DNA of 64,000 nucleotides. Origin: a virus. Numbering within the stretch: position 1 is the first letter of the stretch; each line of letters begins with the position of its first letter. The stretch is from the IMG/VR virus record IMGVR_UViG_3300032829_000004, positions 1 to 64,000 of that record; one strand, 5' to 3'. The notes under the pieces are model-generated. The model was not told the DNA's origin, searched no databases, and was given only the letters and a program-made list of their open reading frames with translations. This document shows positions 19,177-29,134 of the stretch, in pieces. The position numbers were made by a program, and so were the translations under genes.

Positions 19177-20517
19177 GTGCCCCTTGGCGGACCGAATGTC
19201 TTCCCCTCCAGCAAGACCTGGCTGGGCGCCTCCCGAGAGCTAGTCGCCGGTTCCGCGCAGATGCCGGGCACGTCTCCGGGCATCGCGGGAATGCCGTCCA
19301 CGATCCCGCTCGACAAGTCGTCGTTCGAGGTGGAGGACACCCCGCACTGGCTCCCCGACGAAGCGATCCGGGGCTCCATGGCGAAAACGTTCTCCATGAT
19401 CCTCGGCCCCGAGGACGCCACGTTCTCCTACGGCGGCCCTTTCTTCGGCGACGTCGAGGGGTTCTTCCTCGACAACGCGTTCGGGGACCTGTCCAGCACC
19501 TACTCCGGGTCGTTCGCCGGGAGTGCGACCTCCGTCGCCGCCGTCGCGGTCGGCGGGACGACAGTCACCGTCTCGTCCGGCTCCTCGTTCACCTCCGGCG
19601 GGTACGCCCAGTTCGGCACGTCCTCCACCGCCGAAGTCGTGGCCCTCAGCAACGTCTCGGGCAGCGTGCTGACCTTCGCCCAGACCCCGCTCCGGTTCGC
19701 GCAGGGCTCCGGCGTCACCGTGTACGCGATCGGCACCGCGGTCACGAACCCGTTCGCGCACACGTTCAACATCCTCAACTCCTCCCTCGGCTACGGCGGC
19801 GCGTACGGCGCCCAGCCGCCCACCCACACGTGGGGCGACTACCTCGGCCCCATGACCGGGCAGGGCACCGGGGACGCCGCAAACGCCTACGGCATGCGCC
19901 TGTACCCGGGCGCGTGCGTCGCCCAGATCGACTTCACCGGCAACAGCGAGCAGCTGCTGCAGGCGAAGGTCACCGGCACGTCGTGGATTTCCACCCCCGC
20001 AGGCACCGCCCCCGCCAACACGGTGTCCGCCGTCGTGCCCATCGCGAACTGGCGGTCCACGGTGCAGACCGGCCTCCCCGGCTCCGCCGCCACCCTCGGG
20101 TCCGTCCCGACCGTGGGCGAGTGGATGGTCAGCATCAAGCGGGAACTGCAGGTGTACTTCACCGACCAGGGCAGCCTGAACCCGTACATCATCGCCCGCG
20201 GGCCCCTCGACGCCACCGGCACCCTGAACTACACGGCGCCGAACGACGAGACGCCGCTGGAGCAGATGCTGCTGAACGTGCAGCCGTCCGTGCAGATCGC
20301 CATCAACAACGGGCAGGCCGGAACCTCGCTCACCTACCTGGGGCTGAACATCGCCATGCACCAGGCGGCGTTCACGAAGGTCAAGCCGGTCCGGTCGGCG
20401 GTCCTCGTCGGCTACGACGCGGAATGGCAGGCGGTAGCCAACAGCACGAACGCGGGCGGCAGCGGCGGCCTCGGGCCCTTGACCGTTACGTTGACGAACG
20501 GCATCCCAACCTACTGA
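19177..20517 (+). CDS. Major tail tube protein
   Basis: RBS AGGAG; Ser/Thr/Gly beta-rich; precedes chaperone and tape measure. Confidence 0.75.
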   Translation: MPLGGPNVFPSSKTWLGASRELVAGSAQMPGTSPGIAGMPSTIPLDKSSFEVEDTPHWLPDEAIRGSMAKTFSMILGPEDATFSYGGPFFGDVEGFFLDNAFGDLSSTYSGSFAGSATSVAAVAVGGTTVTVSSGSSFTSGGYAQFGTSSTAEVVALSNVSGSVLTFAQTPLRFAQGSGVTVYAIGTAVTNPFAHTFNILNSSLGYGGAYGAQPPTHTWGDYLGPMTGQGTGDAANAYGMRLYPGACVAQIDFTGNSEQLLQAKVTGTSWISTPAGTAPANTVSAVVPIANWRSTVQTGLPGSAATLGSVPTVGEWMVSIKRELQVYFTDQGSLNPYIIARGPLDATGTLNYTAPNDETPLEQMLLNVQPSVQIAINNGQAGTSLTYLGLNIAMHQAAFTKVKPVRSAVLVGYDAEWQAVANSTNAGGSGGLGPLTVTLTNGIPTY

Positions 20518-20546
20518 GCAGCAGCAAACCTGAAAGGCGTGATCCG

Positions 20547-20900
20547 TTGCGAGTTGACCTCCCGTCCGGCGGCTTCATCGAATGCCGCGACAAGCTCGTC
20601 GGACGCGACAAGTTCGCCGTCCAGAACAGCCTCAAGTTCAAGGTCCGCGACGGCCAGGAGCAGGAAGTCTCCGGCGGCATCACCAACGACATGCGCAACG
20701 CCCTCCTGTGCGAGGTCATCACCGCATGGTCCCTTGACGCCCCGCTGCCCTCCGCCGACCGCGCGAAGGCGCTGGAAGCCCTCGCCGACCTCGACATCGA
20801 CGACTACAACGCCGTCCAGGAAGCCGTCGACCCGCTGCTGGAAAAGGTGAGCTTCCGCCCAAACCGCGAGACGCCCTCCGGCTCCGCGGCCTCTTCCTGA
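20547..20900 (+). CDS. Tail assembly chaperone (G)
   Basis: TTG 20547; VITAWSL..PLP motif; between tube and tape measure. Confidence 0.75.
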   Translation: MRVDLPSGGFIECRDKLVGRDKFAVQNSLKFKVRDGQEQEVSGGITNDMRNALLCEVITAWSLDAPLPSADRAKALEALADLDIDDYNAVQEAVDPLLEKVSFRPNRETPSGSAASS

Positions 20901-21115
20901 GCCGGGGGCGGCAGGACCTTCCCCTCCCCGACGGCATGCCGCCGGAAATGCTCGTCAAGGAAATGTTCGCCGAAGCCTACCGGTGGAGCGAAGAGGAAAC
21001 CGAGAACGCCTCCCTCGACGCGATCACCTGGTTCCCGCTGATCCGCGAAGCGAAAAACCACGCCATCGAGGCCGAGCAGAAACGCCAGGCACGGGAGTCC
21101 CGCAGCGGACGGTGA
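20858..21115 (+). CDS. Tail assembly chaperone -1 frameshift extension (T)
   Basis: In-frame slippery C CCA AAC at 20858-20864; -1 frame open to TGA 21113-15 (…AEAYRWSEEETENASLDAITWFPL…). Confidence 0.75.
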   Translation, partial: PKPRDALRLRGLFLSRGRQDLPLPDGMPPEMLVKEMFAEAYRWSEEETENASLDAITWFPLIREAKNHAIEAEQKRQARESRSGR

Positions 21116-21220
21116 GGAGGCCGTGTCGCATCAGGACCGGACAGCGTCGGCGAGGTCATCGCGAAGCTGCAGGCCCTCCGCGCCCGGACCCCCGCAGCGG
21201 CCGGCCTCGCCGCCGCGGCC

Positions 21221-21559
21221 ATGGGAGCGGTCGCGATGCGGGCCGTGCAGCAGGAACTCGGCCTGTCCTCCCATGGCCGCGGCACTCCGACCCCGGCCGC
21301 CCCGGGCGAGCCGCCGTCGCTGATCACCGGGCAGCTCCGCCGGAGCGTGATCATGCGGCCGAAAGGCAGGGCGCACGTCCAGGTCGGGGCGACCGCCGTG
21401 TACGCGCGGATCCAGGAACTCGGCGGCGACGCCGGGCGCGGACACTCCGCGCACCTCCCCCCGCGGCCCTACCTGGCCGCGGCGCTGAAGAAGATCACCG
21501 AGTCCGGGGAGGCCCGCAAGGCGGCACTGAAGGTCATCCGCACCGTCCTGGACGCGTGA
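21221..21559 (+). CDS. HK97 gp10-like tail component
   Basis: PGEPPSLITGQLRRS, VYARIQELGG, LPPRPYL; frame is open upstream to 21116. Confidence 0.75.
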   Translation: MGAVAMRAVQQELGLSSHGRGTPTPAAPGEPPSLITGQLRRSVIMRPKGRAHVQVGATAVYARIQELGGDAGRGHSAHLPPRPYLAAALKKITESGEARKAALKVIRTVLDA

Positions 21560-21562
21560 CCG

Positions 21563-24500
21563 GTGCCCGACTCGTTCCTGCCTCCCGCGGTCCTGGACAT
21601 GATCGTCAACGCCGCCGAGTGGACGGCCGGCCTTGACGAGGCAATGGAGCCCCTCGAAGGACTGAAGGCCCTCATGGGGGAGGTGTCCGGGGCGTCCGCC
21701 GACATGGCGGACGTCATGGGCGGCTCCGCCGACGCGATCGACGCGGCATGGTCGGCGGCGTCGGAGGCGGCGGCGCGGGTCCTGGAACTGGAGCAGCAGG
21801 TCGCGGAAGCCTCAGCGGAGGCGGCCGACGCGCAGTACGCGCTCGCGTCGGCGTCCCGCGAGTCCACGGCTGCCGGGTCGCAGTACGCGGAAGCGCTGAA
21901 CGCCGCCTCGGAGTCGACGATCCGGCTGCTCGGCCTCCAGGCGCAGCTTGCAGGGGCCGAGGCCGACGCGGCAGCCGCAGCCGACGCCGCGGTGGCATCC
22001 GTGGCCGCGCTCGGCGACGCGCAGGCAGGCGCAGCCGCGGCGGCGGGAGCGGCCGGCGACGCGGAAGACGCGGCAGCCGCCAAGGCGACGGCAGCCGGGG
22101 ACGCCGCCGGGGCGTCCGGGTCGAAGTGGAAGCTGTGGGGCCTGGCCGTCGCAGCCGGCGTGGCCATCTCCGTGAAAATGGCCGGCGACTACCAGCAGTC
22201 CATGACCCGCCTGGTCACGTCCGCGGGCGAGTCGCAGAAAAACCTCGGCCTCGTCTCGCAGGGCATCCTCGCCATGTCGTCGGCCACCAACACGAGCACG
22301 TCCCAGCTGGCGTCCGGCATGTACACGGTCGAAAGCGCCGGGTTCCACGGGGCTGCGGGCCTGGCCGTGCTGAAGGCCGCCGCTGAAGGCGCCCAGGCTG
22401 AAGGCGCCGACCTCGCCACCGTCGCGAACGCCGTCACATCCGGGCTGAACGCCTACGGCATGAAGGCGAGCCAGGCGACGAGCTTCACCAACCAGATGCT
22501 CGCCGTGGTCGGCCAGGGCAAGATGACGATGCAGGACCTGGCATCGAGCATGGCCGCCGTGCTGCCGACCGCGGCCAAGTACGGGCTCAGCTTCGCCCAG
22601 GTCGGCGGCGCGCTGGCCACCATGACGTCGATGGGCGTCTCCGCCCGGCAGGGCTCCGACGACCTCGCCAACACCATCAGGAACCTGGGCAACCCGACCA
22701 GCGTGGCCACCAACGAGATGGCCGAGTTCGGGATCAGCTCGACCACCGTGTCGCAGAAGCTGGGGAAGCTCGGCCTCACCGGCACCATCTCCTACCTCAG
22801 TGACGCCATCACGTCAAAGATGGGCAAGTCCGGCCTGGTCATCGTCAACGCGATGAACCAGTCGAAATCTGCGGCAGCCGACGCGCAGTCCATGCTGAAA
22901 CTGCTGCCGCCGTCGGTCCAGTCGGTTTCAAAGGCCTACCTGGACGGCGGCGCCAGCTACACCACCTGGTACAACGCGACCAAGAACCTGCCGCTGACCG
23001 CCAAGACGATGGCCGACCAGTTCGCCACGGTCGCCGGCAAGGCACACGGGTTCAACACCCTGCTGGCCAGCGGGTCGCCAGCCGCCCAGACCTACTCGGC
23101 GGCCCTGGCGCGAATGCTCGGCGGCGCGACCGGCCTCAACGTCGGGCTGATGCTCACCGGCACGCACGCCAAGACGTTCAGCGGCAACGTCAAGGCGATC
23201 TCAGAGGCCGCCCGGCACGCGGGCTCCGACGTCAACGGCTGGGGCCTGATCCAGAAGAACTTCAACTTCCAGCTCGGGTCGGCGGAGAAAGCCGTCCAGG
23301 CGATGGCGATCAGCTTCGGTACCGCGCTGCTTCCCGCGGCGACGAAGGCGATGAAGATGCTCGCCGAGTTCGGGGGCTGGCTCACCAAGCACACTGCGGC
23401 GTCGAAAGCGCTCGCTATCGCGGTCGGGGTGCTGCTCGCCGGGGCGCTCGAGCACGGCCTCGTCAAGGCGCTGAAAACCTGCCTGTCCGGGTTCAAGGAC
23501 GTCCTCGGCGCCGGCAAGGGAGTCCTCGGGTTCTTCAAGGCGGGCGAGGGCGAGGCGTCCGGGTTTTCCAAGATGCTGTCCGGCATCGGGACGGGCGGGA
23601 AGGCTGCGTGGAGCGGGCTGCAGGCCGCGGGCTCCGCGATCAGCGGCGTGTTCTCCGCCGCCGGATCCGGCATCGGCAGCGCCGTCACCGCGGTCAAGAA
23701 CTGGAGCATCTGGTCCAAGATCGCGGCCGCCGCGACGAAGGCGTGGTCCGGCATCCAGGCCGCCTTCAACGTGGTCATGGACGCCAACCCGATCATCCTC
23801 GTCGCGATCGCGGTCGGACTGCTCATTGCCGGCGTCGTCCTGGCTTACATCCACTTCAAGGCGTTCCGTGACGTCGTCAACGACGTCGGCCGGGCGATCA
23901 AGGACGGGTTCCTCGACGCGCTGCATGCCGTCGAGAAGGCGATCGGCGACGTGGTCTCGTTCGTCAGGAGCCACTGGGAATTGCTGGTGTCGATCATCGG
24001 CGGCCCCATTGCCGCGATCGTCATCCTGATCACGGCCCACTGGAACACGGTCAAGCACGTCTTCGACGAGGCCTGGGGGTTCATCAAGAACCTGGTCCGC
24101 CGCGACGTGCACGAGGTCGAGACGATCTTGTCGTGGTTCGGGTCGCTGCCCGGGAAGATGCGCGACTGGTGGAATGAGGCGGTCTCCGCCGTGGAGAAAA
24201 CGGTGTCCCGGCTGCTCGGCGACGTCCGCGAGATCCCCGGCCGCATCCTCGCGGGCCTGGGCGACTTCGGGAACCTGCTGTGGGGCGCCGGGGCAGACCT
24301 GATCAAGGGGCTGATCGGCGGCATCGAGTCGATGGCGGCAGCCCCGCTGCACGCGATCGAGGGCATCGGCCACGGGATCATCGGCGCGGCCAAGGACATT
24401 TTCGAGTGGGCGTCTCCGAGCAAGGTCTTCTACCGGCTCGGCAGCGACATCACCGCCGGCCTCGCCCTGGGCATCGGGGAGACAAAGGCGCAGGCGGTCG

Positions 24501-25702
24501 AGGAGTCCCGCCGCCTAGGGCAGGAGGTCGCGCAGGCCGCGGCGTCCGGCCAGATCACCGCCTCCGAGGCGGCCCAGCTCGGCTCCCGGATCGCGAACGC
24601 CCTCGCGTCCGCCGAGCGCCAGCTCACCGCGCGGGCTGCCGCAACGGCAAAGGCGGGCAAGGAGATCGGCCTGAAAATGCAGGCGGGCATCCTGTCTGCC
24701 ATCGAGGACGCCACGACGGCATCCCAGGTCAAGACTGCCGTCGGCAAGCTGGTGTCGATCGTCAGCCAGTCGTTCACCGCGGGGCTCGTCACCGCCCCGC
24801 AAGCATCCGCGATGACGTCATGGCTGGAGCACGACAACGGCAGGCTGCAGCAGCTCGCGACGCAGCGGGCCGCGATCGCCAAGCAGATCGCGGCGGCGAA
24901 GGCCTACGCCGTTTCCACGGCGTCGAACATCGCCGGCGGGTACGGCCTGTCCTCCGTCATGCTCGGCGGAACCAGCGGCCAGCTCACCTCCGTGAAGGGC
25001 ATCCTCGGCAACCTCGGCGCCGACCTGCGGCAGATCCGCGCGTTCAAGACCAACCTGCTCAAGCTCGCCAAGATGGGCCTCAACAAGAACTACCTGTCCC
25101 AGCTCATCGCCATGGGGCCGGCCCAGGGCGGGGCGCTGGCCGCCGAGCTCGCCGCCGCCGACCCGGGCCAGGTCAGCCAGCTCAACGCCGCCCAGTCCGC
25201 GATCACGGGACTGTCAGGGCAGATCGGCAAGCAGGCCGCCGACGAGATGTACGACACGGGGAAGGACGCGGGCAGAGGGTTCCTGTCCGGCCTCCAGGCA
25301 CAGCAGGAGTCCATCACGAAGCTGATGGACGAGATAGCCAAGTCCATGGTCGCCACCCTGAAAAAGGAACTCGGCATCCACTCCCCGTCGACCGTGTTCT
25401 ACGCGCACGGCGTCGCCGTCGCCCAGGGCCTCGCGCTCGGCATCGCGTCCGGCGCAGGGCAGGTCACCCGGGCCGCCCGCGGCCTGTCCGCCGCCGCGAC
25501 GCTCACCGGGATCCACAGCGGGATTCCCGCCGGAGTCCTCTCGCCGGGAGGCGCGCAGCCGATCGTGATCCGCCAGCAGGCCACCTTCACCGCCAAAGTC
25601 GACCGCGGCGTGCTGTTCGAGGAAATGCAAGAGGAAACCTACCGCTACAACGTCCGCAACAGCGGGCAGGTGACCGGCGCGTGGAAGCCGGGAATGCCGT
25701 GA
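21563..25702 (+). CDS. Tape measure protein
   Basis: 1379 aa Ala-rich; TP901-type core, ANPIILV, SPSKVF and LGIHSPS motifs. Confidence 0.9.
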   Translation: MPDSFLPPAVLDMIVNAAEWTAGLDEAMEPLEGLKALMGEVSGASADMADVMGGSADAIDAAWSAASEAAARVLELEQQVAEASAEAADAQYALASASRESTAAGSQYAEALNAASESTIRLLGLQAQLAGAEADAAAAADAAVASVAALGDAQAGAAAAAGAAGDAEDAAAAKATAAGDAAGASGSKWKLWGLAVAAGVAISVKMAGDYQQSMTRLVTSAGESQKNLGLVSQGILAMSSATNTSTSQLASGMYTVESAGFHGAAGLAVLKAAAEGAQAEGADLATVANAVTSGLNAYGMKASQATSFTNQMLAVVGQGKMTMQDLASSMAAVLPTAAKYGLSFAQVGGALATMTSMGVSARQGSDDLANTIRNLGNPTSVATNEMAEFGISSTTVSQKLGKLGLTGTISYLSDAITSKMGKSGLVIVNAMNQSKSAAADAQSMLKLLPPSVQSVSKAYLDGGASYTTWYNATKNLPLTAKTMADQFATVAGKAHGFNTLLASGSPAAQTYSAALARMLGGATGLNVGLMLTGTHAKTFSGNVKAISEAARHAGSDVNGWGLIQKNFNFQLGSAEKAVQAMAISFGTALLPAATKAMKMLAEFGGWLTKHTAASKALAIAVGVLLAGALEHGLVKALKTCLSGFKDVLGAGKGVLGFFKAGEGEASGFSKMLSGIGTGGKAAWSGLQAAGSAISGVFSAAGSGIGSAVTAVKNWSIWSKIAAAATKAWSGIQAAFNVVMDANPIILVAIAVGLLIAGVVLAYIHFKAFRDVVNDVGRAIKDGFLDALHAVEKAIGDVVSFVRSHWELLVSIIGGPIAAIVILITAHWNTVKHVFDEAWGFIKNLVRRDVHEVETILSWFGSLPGKMRDWWNEAVSAVEKTVSRLLGDVREIPGRILAGLGDFGNLLWGAGADLIKGLIGGIESMAAAPLHAIEGIGHGIIGAAKDIFEWASPSKVFYRLGSDITAGLALGIGETKAQAVEESRRLGQEVAQAAASGQITASEAAQLGSRIANALASAERQLTARAAATAKAGKEIGLKMQAGILSAIEDATTASQVKTAVGKLVSIVSQSFTAGLVTAPQASAMTSWLEHDNGRLQQLATQRAAIAKQIAAAKAYAVSTASNIAGGYGLSSVMLGGTSGQLTSVKGILGNLGADLRQIRAFKTNLLKLAKMGLNKNYLSQLIAMGPAQGGALAAELAAADPGQVSQLNAAQSAITGLSGQIGKQAADEMYDTGKDAGRGFLSGLQAQQESITKLMDEIAKSMVATLKKELGIHSPSTVFYAHGVAVAQGLALGIASGAGQVTRAARGLSAAATLTGIHSGIPAGVLSPGGAQPIVIRQQATFTAKVDRGVLFEEMQEETYRYNVRNSGQVTGAWKPGMP

Positions 25703-25720
25703 CGCCCCGAGGGGAGGCCT

Positions 25721-28700
25721 GTGGGCGAGATCCTCGACGAGGCCGGCAGTCCCCTCCTTGACGAGGCCGGCAATCCCCTCCTCGTCGAGGCCGGGACCCT
25801 GGTCCTGGCCGGGATCACCCCGGCGTCAGGCGTCCTCGGCGCGGGCACCCCGGTCGGGCCGCAGTCGGCGCAGATCGGCAATGCCCCCGGAAGCCTCCTG
25901 GTGGCGTTCGCCGCCTGGAACACCTCCGAGCAGGCGTCCAGCACCGCCGTGATCCCCGCGTCCAGCGTGTGCGACTCGCAGGGCAACTGGTGGCGTCTCG
26001 CCGGCGACTCGGGGAACGCCTGCCCGGGGGCGCGGGCCGCCGTCTGGTTCGCGCAGAACGCGCTCGCCGTCCCCGGCACGGGCTGGTGGTCGGTCGCCCT
26101 CCAGGGGTACGCGAACGCCGCCGTGTGGGCCGTCGCGGAGTTCTCCGGCACCCCGGACGGATACGAGCCCGTCATCGACTTCGCCGTCCCCGTAGCCAGC
26201 GCCGCCGGCGGGTCGGCCGTGACCGTGACGGCGTTCACCACGACCCCCGACTGGTGCTTCGCCGCCGCCGCAGTCGGCAACTCCGCCGCGTCCCTGGCAT
26301 CGGGCGCGGCCGGGTGGACGACGCTGGCCTCCGGGGCGCAGGCGGCCAGCGTCACGGCCGACAACGCGGCCGGGATATCCGCCGCGTTCGCCTGGACGGC
26401 CGCCGGGTCCGCGGGCACGGTGCTGTCGCCGTCGTGGACGTTCACGGGGACCGGGCAGTACGCCGGGATCCTGGTGGGCATCAGCCAGGCCAGCAGCGCG
26501 CCGTCGTCCGCCAACGCGGACTTTCCCGTCGTGCGGACCGAGGCGGCGTTCGGGACGTTCCCGGGCGACCCTTCGCAGGCCATCGCCGACACGGCGTGGA
26601 CGGACCTGACGCAGCGGACCCTCACGCCCGACGGGGTGGCGGGCATCACCTGCTCACGGGGGCGGCAGTACGAGCTCGCCGAGCCGGAAGCCGGGCAGCT
26701 GTCGGTCCGCATGTCCAACGTGGACGGCGCGTTCGACCCGCTGTGGCCCGGCTCGCCGTACTACAGCAGCGCACTCAACTCCAACATGTCGTTCCAGTCG
26801 GGCATCGCGCCGTGGCTGGCCGAGAACGGCGCCGTCCTGTCGCAGTCGGGCGCCGTCACGTTCGCGTCCGCGCCTGGCGCTTCCGCCCGGTACTCGATGC
26901 TGCTCGCGCCCGACGGGGCCACCGCCAACCCGGCGGCGGTCGGCAACGAGGTCATCGCGATCGCCCAGGGCGGCGCGTACTCGGCGTCATGCTGGATGTA
27001 CTGCGCCGCCGGATGGCCGTCCGGCGCCTATGCCGCCATCGACTGGTACGACGCCTCGCACTCGTTCATATCGGCCGCCGCCGGCAGCCACGTCCCCCTG
27101 CCGGCCGGCACGTGGACGCAGGTCTCCTACGAGGCGGCTCCTCCCTCGAACGCGGCCTACGCGGCGATCGCCTTCGCCGTCTACGGCACGCCGCCGTCAT
27201 CGACCGTTTTCCACCTCGCGGAGGCCGCCCTCGCCGCCGGCGCCGTCCAGACGGGCCTCGTCCGGCTCGGCACCCCCGTCCGGGTGTCCGCCTGGTGGGA
27301 AGGAAGGCGCTACCCGGTGGGGAACGGCTACGTGGAACGGTGGCCGCAGGACTGGCCGGAACTGCCCCAGTGGGGGTTCTCCACGCTGATCGCCACCGAC
27401 CAGGTCGGGGCGGCGGCGTCGGCGAACATACCGTCAGCGGTGCAGGGGGAAATCCTCGCCGACGGCCCCTACCTGTGCCTGCCGTTCTCCGACAGCTACA
27501 CGACCAGCGCGAACACGGTCAACGGGACGGTGAACACCCCGTCTGACTCCTGTGACGGCCTGCTCGCCGCCAACACGTCGCGGGTCAACCAGCAGGCCGG
27601 GACGTACGCCGACGGCTCCGAGCCCGTCACCACCGGCCAGTCCCTCGCCTTCTCAGGCGACTCGGGCACCGGGATGGGCGTCAGCACCTACCAGGCGGTC
27701 GACACGTCGAAGGCCCGCGGGGCGGGCGTCACCTACGGCCCGGACTACGGTCTGCCGTCGGTCACCTCCTCCGACGGGATCACGGCCGAGTTCTGGTTCA
27801 GCATGCCGGCGGTGGCGAACCTGTCCTCCCAGCAGCTGTTCCCCCTCATGCAGCTGTACGGCCCCCCGTACATCGGCGGGATCTCCACGGCGCAGCTCGC
27901 GCCGGGCTGGCTCATGGCCGCGGGAGTGGAGCTTCCCGCGACCTCGGGCAGCCCGGTCCTGTACGTGCAGACTGCGGCGCAGGCCAGCGCCGTGCTGCTG
28001 AGCTCGGGGGCGCTGTCGTTCGGGACGCTCAACCACGTCGTCATCACCACCGACCCCGGAAGCCCGTCCCTGCTGAACGTGTACCTGAACGGGGTCAACC
28101 TGTCCCCGGACCTGGAAACGGTCAACGACGGCGGGCAGGTCACCGCGGTCACGTTCGGCCAGGCGTCCTGGGCGTACGCGAACGCGTGGACGAACTGGAA
28201 CTACGCCCTCGCCTACGGCACCGTCTACCCGTACACGCTGAACTCGCTGCGCGTCTACGGCCACTACCAGTCCGGGGCGACCGGGTTCTCGGGCGACACG
28301 ATCGCCCGGCGGTTCGGCCGGTACCTGGCCTGGGCTAACGCGGGCCTCAACCCGGGGGGGCCGGGAAGCATCCCCGACGCGATGCTGCTGTCGGCCGCCT
28401 ACGGCACCGACGGGTCGTCGCTGTCGTCGGCGGTCAACGGCGACGCGGCAGGCTCCGGCGCGTCCTGGCACGCCACCGCGGCCGGGAACCTCGTCATCCT
28501 CCCGCGGCCCGCCCTCTACGGCCAGCCGTCCACGGTGACATTCGGGGACAGCCCGGCGAACGGGGAGATCCCCTACCAGCGCGACCTCGCGTTCGACTAC
28601 GACAACACGTACCTGAAGAACGTCACCCAGGCGACCCTGAGCCAGGGGCCGAATACGAGCATCTCGCCCGTCGCCAGGGACACCGCCTCCGCCGCCGAGT

Positions 28701-29134
28701 ATTCTGCCCGCGGCCCCCTGTCCCTGACCGTGTCCGGGACCAGCGCGCAGGACGCCTACGACGCCGCGTACTGGAACCTGTCGAAGTACGCGCAGCCGCA
28801 GATGCGGGTCCGGAAGATCACGGTCGACGCCGCCTCCTACCCGGCCGCCTTCGCCGCCGTCCTCCAGACGGACCTCGCGGACGTCGGCACGGTGATCCGC
28901 CGGCCGGTCGGGGCACCGTCGTACACGCTGCCGGCGATCACCCAGCGGGTGCAGCACGCGATCGGCCCCGGCATGTGGAGGACGTCCTACCAGCTGACCC
29001 CCTACGTGCAGGAAGGCGCGGTGCTGGAAGCCGACGTGACCGGGTCCGACGTCCTCGGCGCCACCGTGCTGGCCTGGTTATGCCCGTCCAGCCAGGATCG
29101 TGGAGCACCGGCCCCGTCACGGCGAAGGCGCTGA
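25721..29134 (+). CDS. Large minor tail/baseplate protein with carbohydrate-binding and LamG-like segments
   Basis: Follows TMP; SRGRQYELAEPEAG..SNVDGAFDP hub-like motif; CBM-like LPAGTWTQVS; N-terminal LDEAG repeats. Confidence 0.7.
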   Translation: MGEILDEAGSPLLDEAGNPLLVEAGTLVLAGITPASGVLGAGTPVGPQSAQIGNAPGSLLVAFAAWNTSEQASSTAVIPASSVCDSQGNWWRLAGDSGNACPGARAAVWFAQNALAVPGTGWWSVALQGYANAAVWAVAEFSGTPDGYEPVIDFAVPVASAAGGSAVTVTAFTTTPDWCFAAAAVGNSAASLASGAAGWTTLASGAQAASVTADNAAGISAAFAWTAAGSAGTVLSPSWTFTGTGQYAGILVGISQASSAPSSANADFPVVRTEAAFGTFPGDPSQAIADTAWTDLTQRTLTPDGVAGITCSRGRQYELAEPEAGQLSVRMSNVDGAFDPLWPGSPYYSSALNSNMSFQSGIAPWLAENGAVLSQSGAVTFASAPGASARYSMLLAPDGATANPAAVGNEVIAIAQGGAYSASCWMYCAAGWPSGAYAAIDWYDASHSFISAAAGSHVPLPAGTWTQVSYEAAPPSNAAYAAIAFAVYGTPPSSTVFHLAEAALAAGAVQTGLVRLGTPVRVSAWWEGRRYPVGNGYVERWPQDWPELPQWGFSTLIATDQVGAAASANIPSAVQGEILADGPYLCLPFSDSYTTSANTVNGTVNTPSDSCDGLLAANTSRVNQQAGTYADGSEPVTTGQSLAFSGDSGTGMGVSTYQAVDTSKARGAGVTYGPDYGLPSVTSSDGITAEFWFSMPAVANLSSQQLFPLMQLYGPPYIGGISTAQLAPGWLMAAGVELPATSGSPVLYVQTAAQASAVLLSSGALSFGTLNHVVITTDPGSPSLLNVYLNGVNLSPDLETVNDGGQVTAVTFGQASWAYANAWTNWNYALAYGTVYPYTLNSLRVYGHYQSGATGFSGDTIARRFGRYLAWANAGLNPGGPGSIPDAMLLSAAYGTDGSSLSSAVNGDAAGSGASWHATAAGNLVILPRPALYGQPSTVTFGDSPANGEIPYQRDLAFDYDNTYLKNVTQATLSQGPNTSISPVARDTASAAEYSARGPLSLTVSGTSAQDAYDAAYWNLSKYAQPQMRVRKITVDAASYPAAFAAVLQTDLADVGTVIRRPVGAPSYTLPAITQRVQHAIGPGMWRTSYQLTPYVQEGAVLEADVTGSDVLGATVLAWLCPSSQDRGAPAPSRRRR

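Noticed and set aside
29078-29134. 55-nt overlap of two tail genes (TGGTTATG where TGGTGATG coupling might be expected)
   Set aside because: Possibly a lost stop or a sequencing error; no support for a function.
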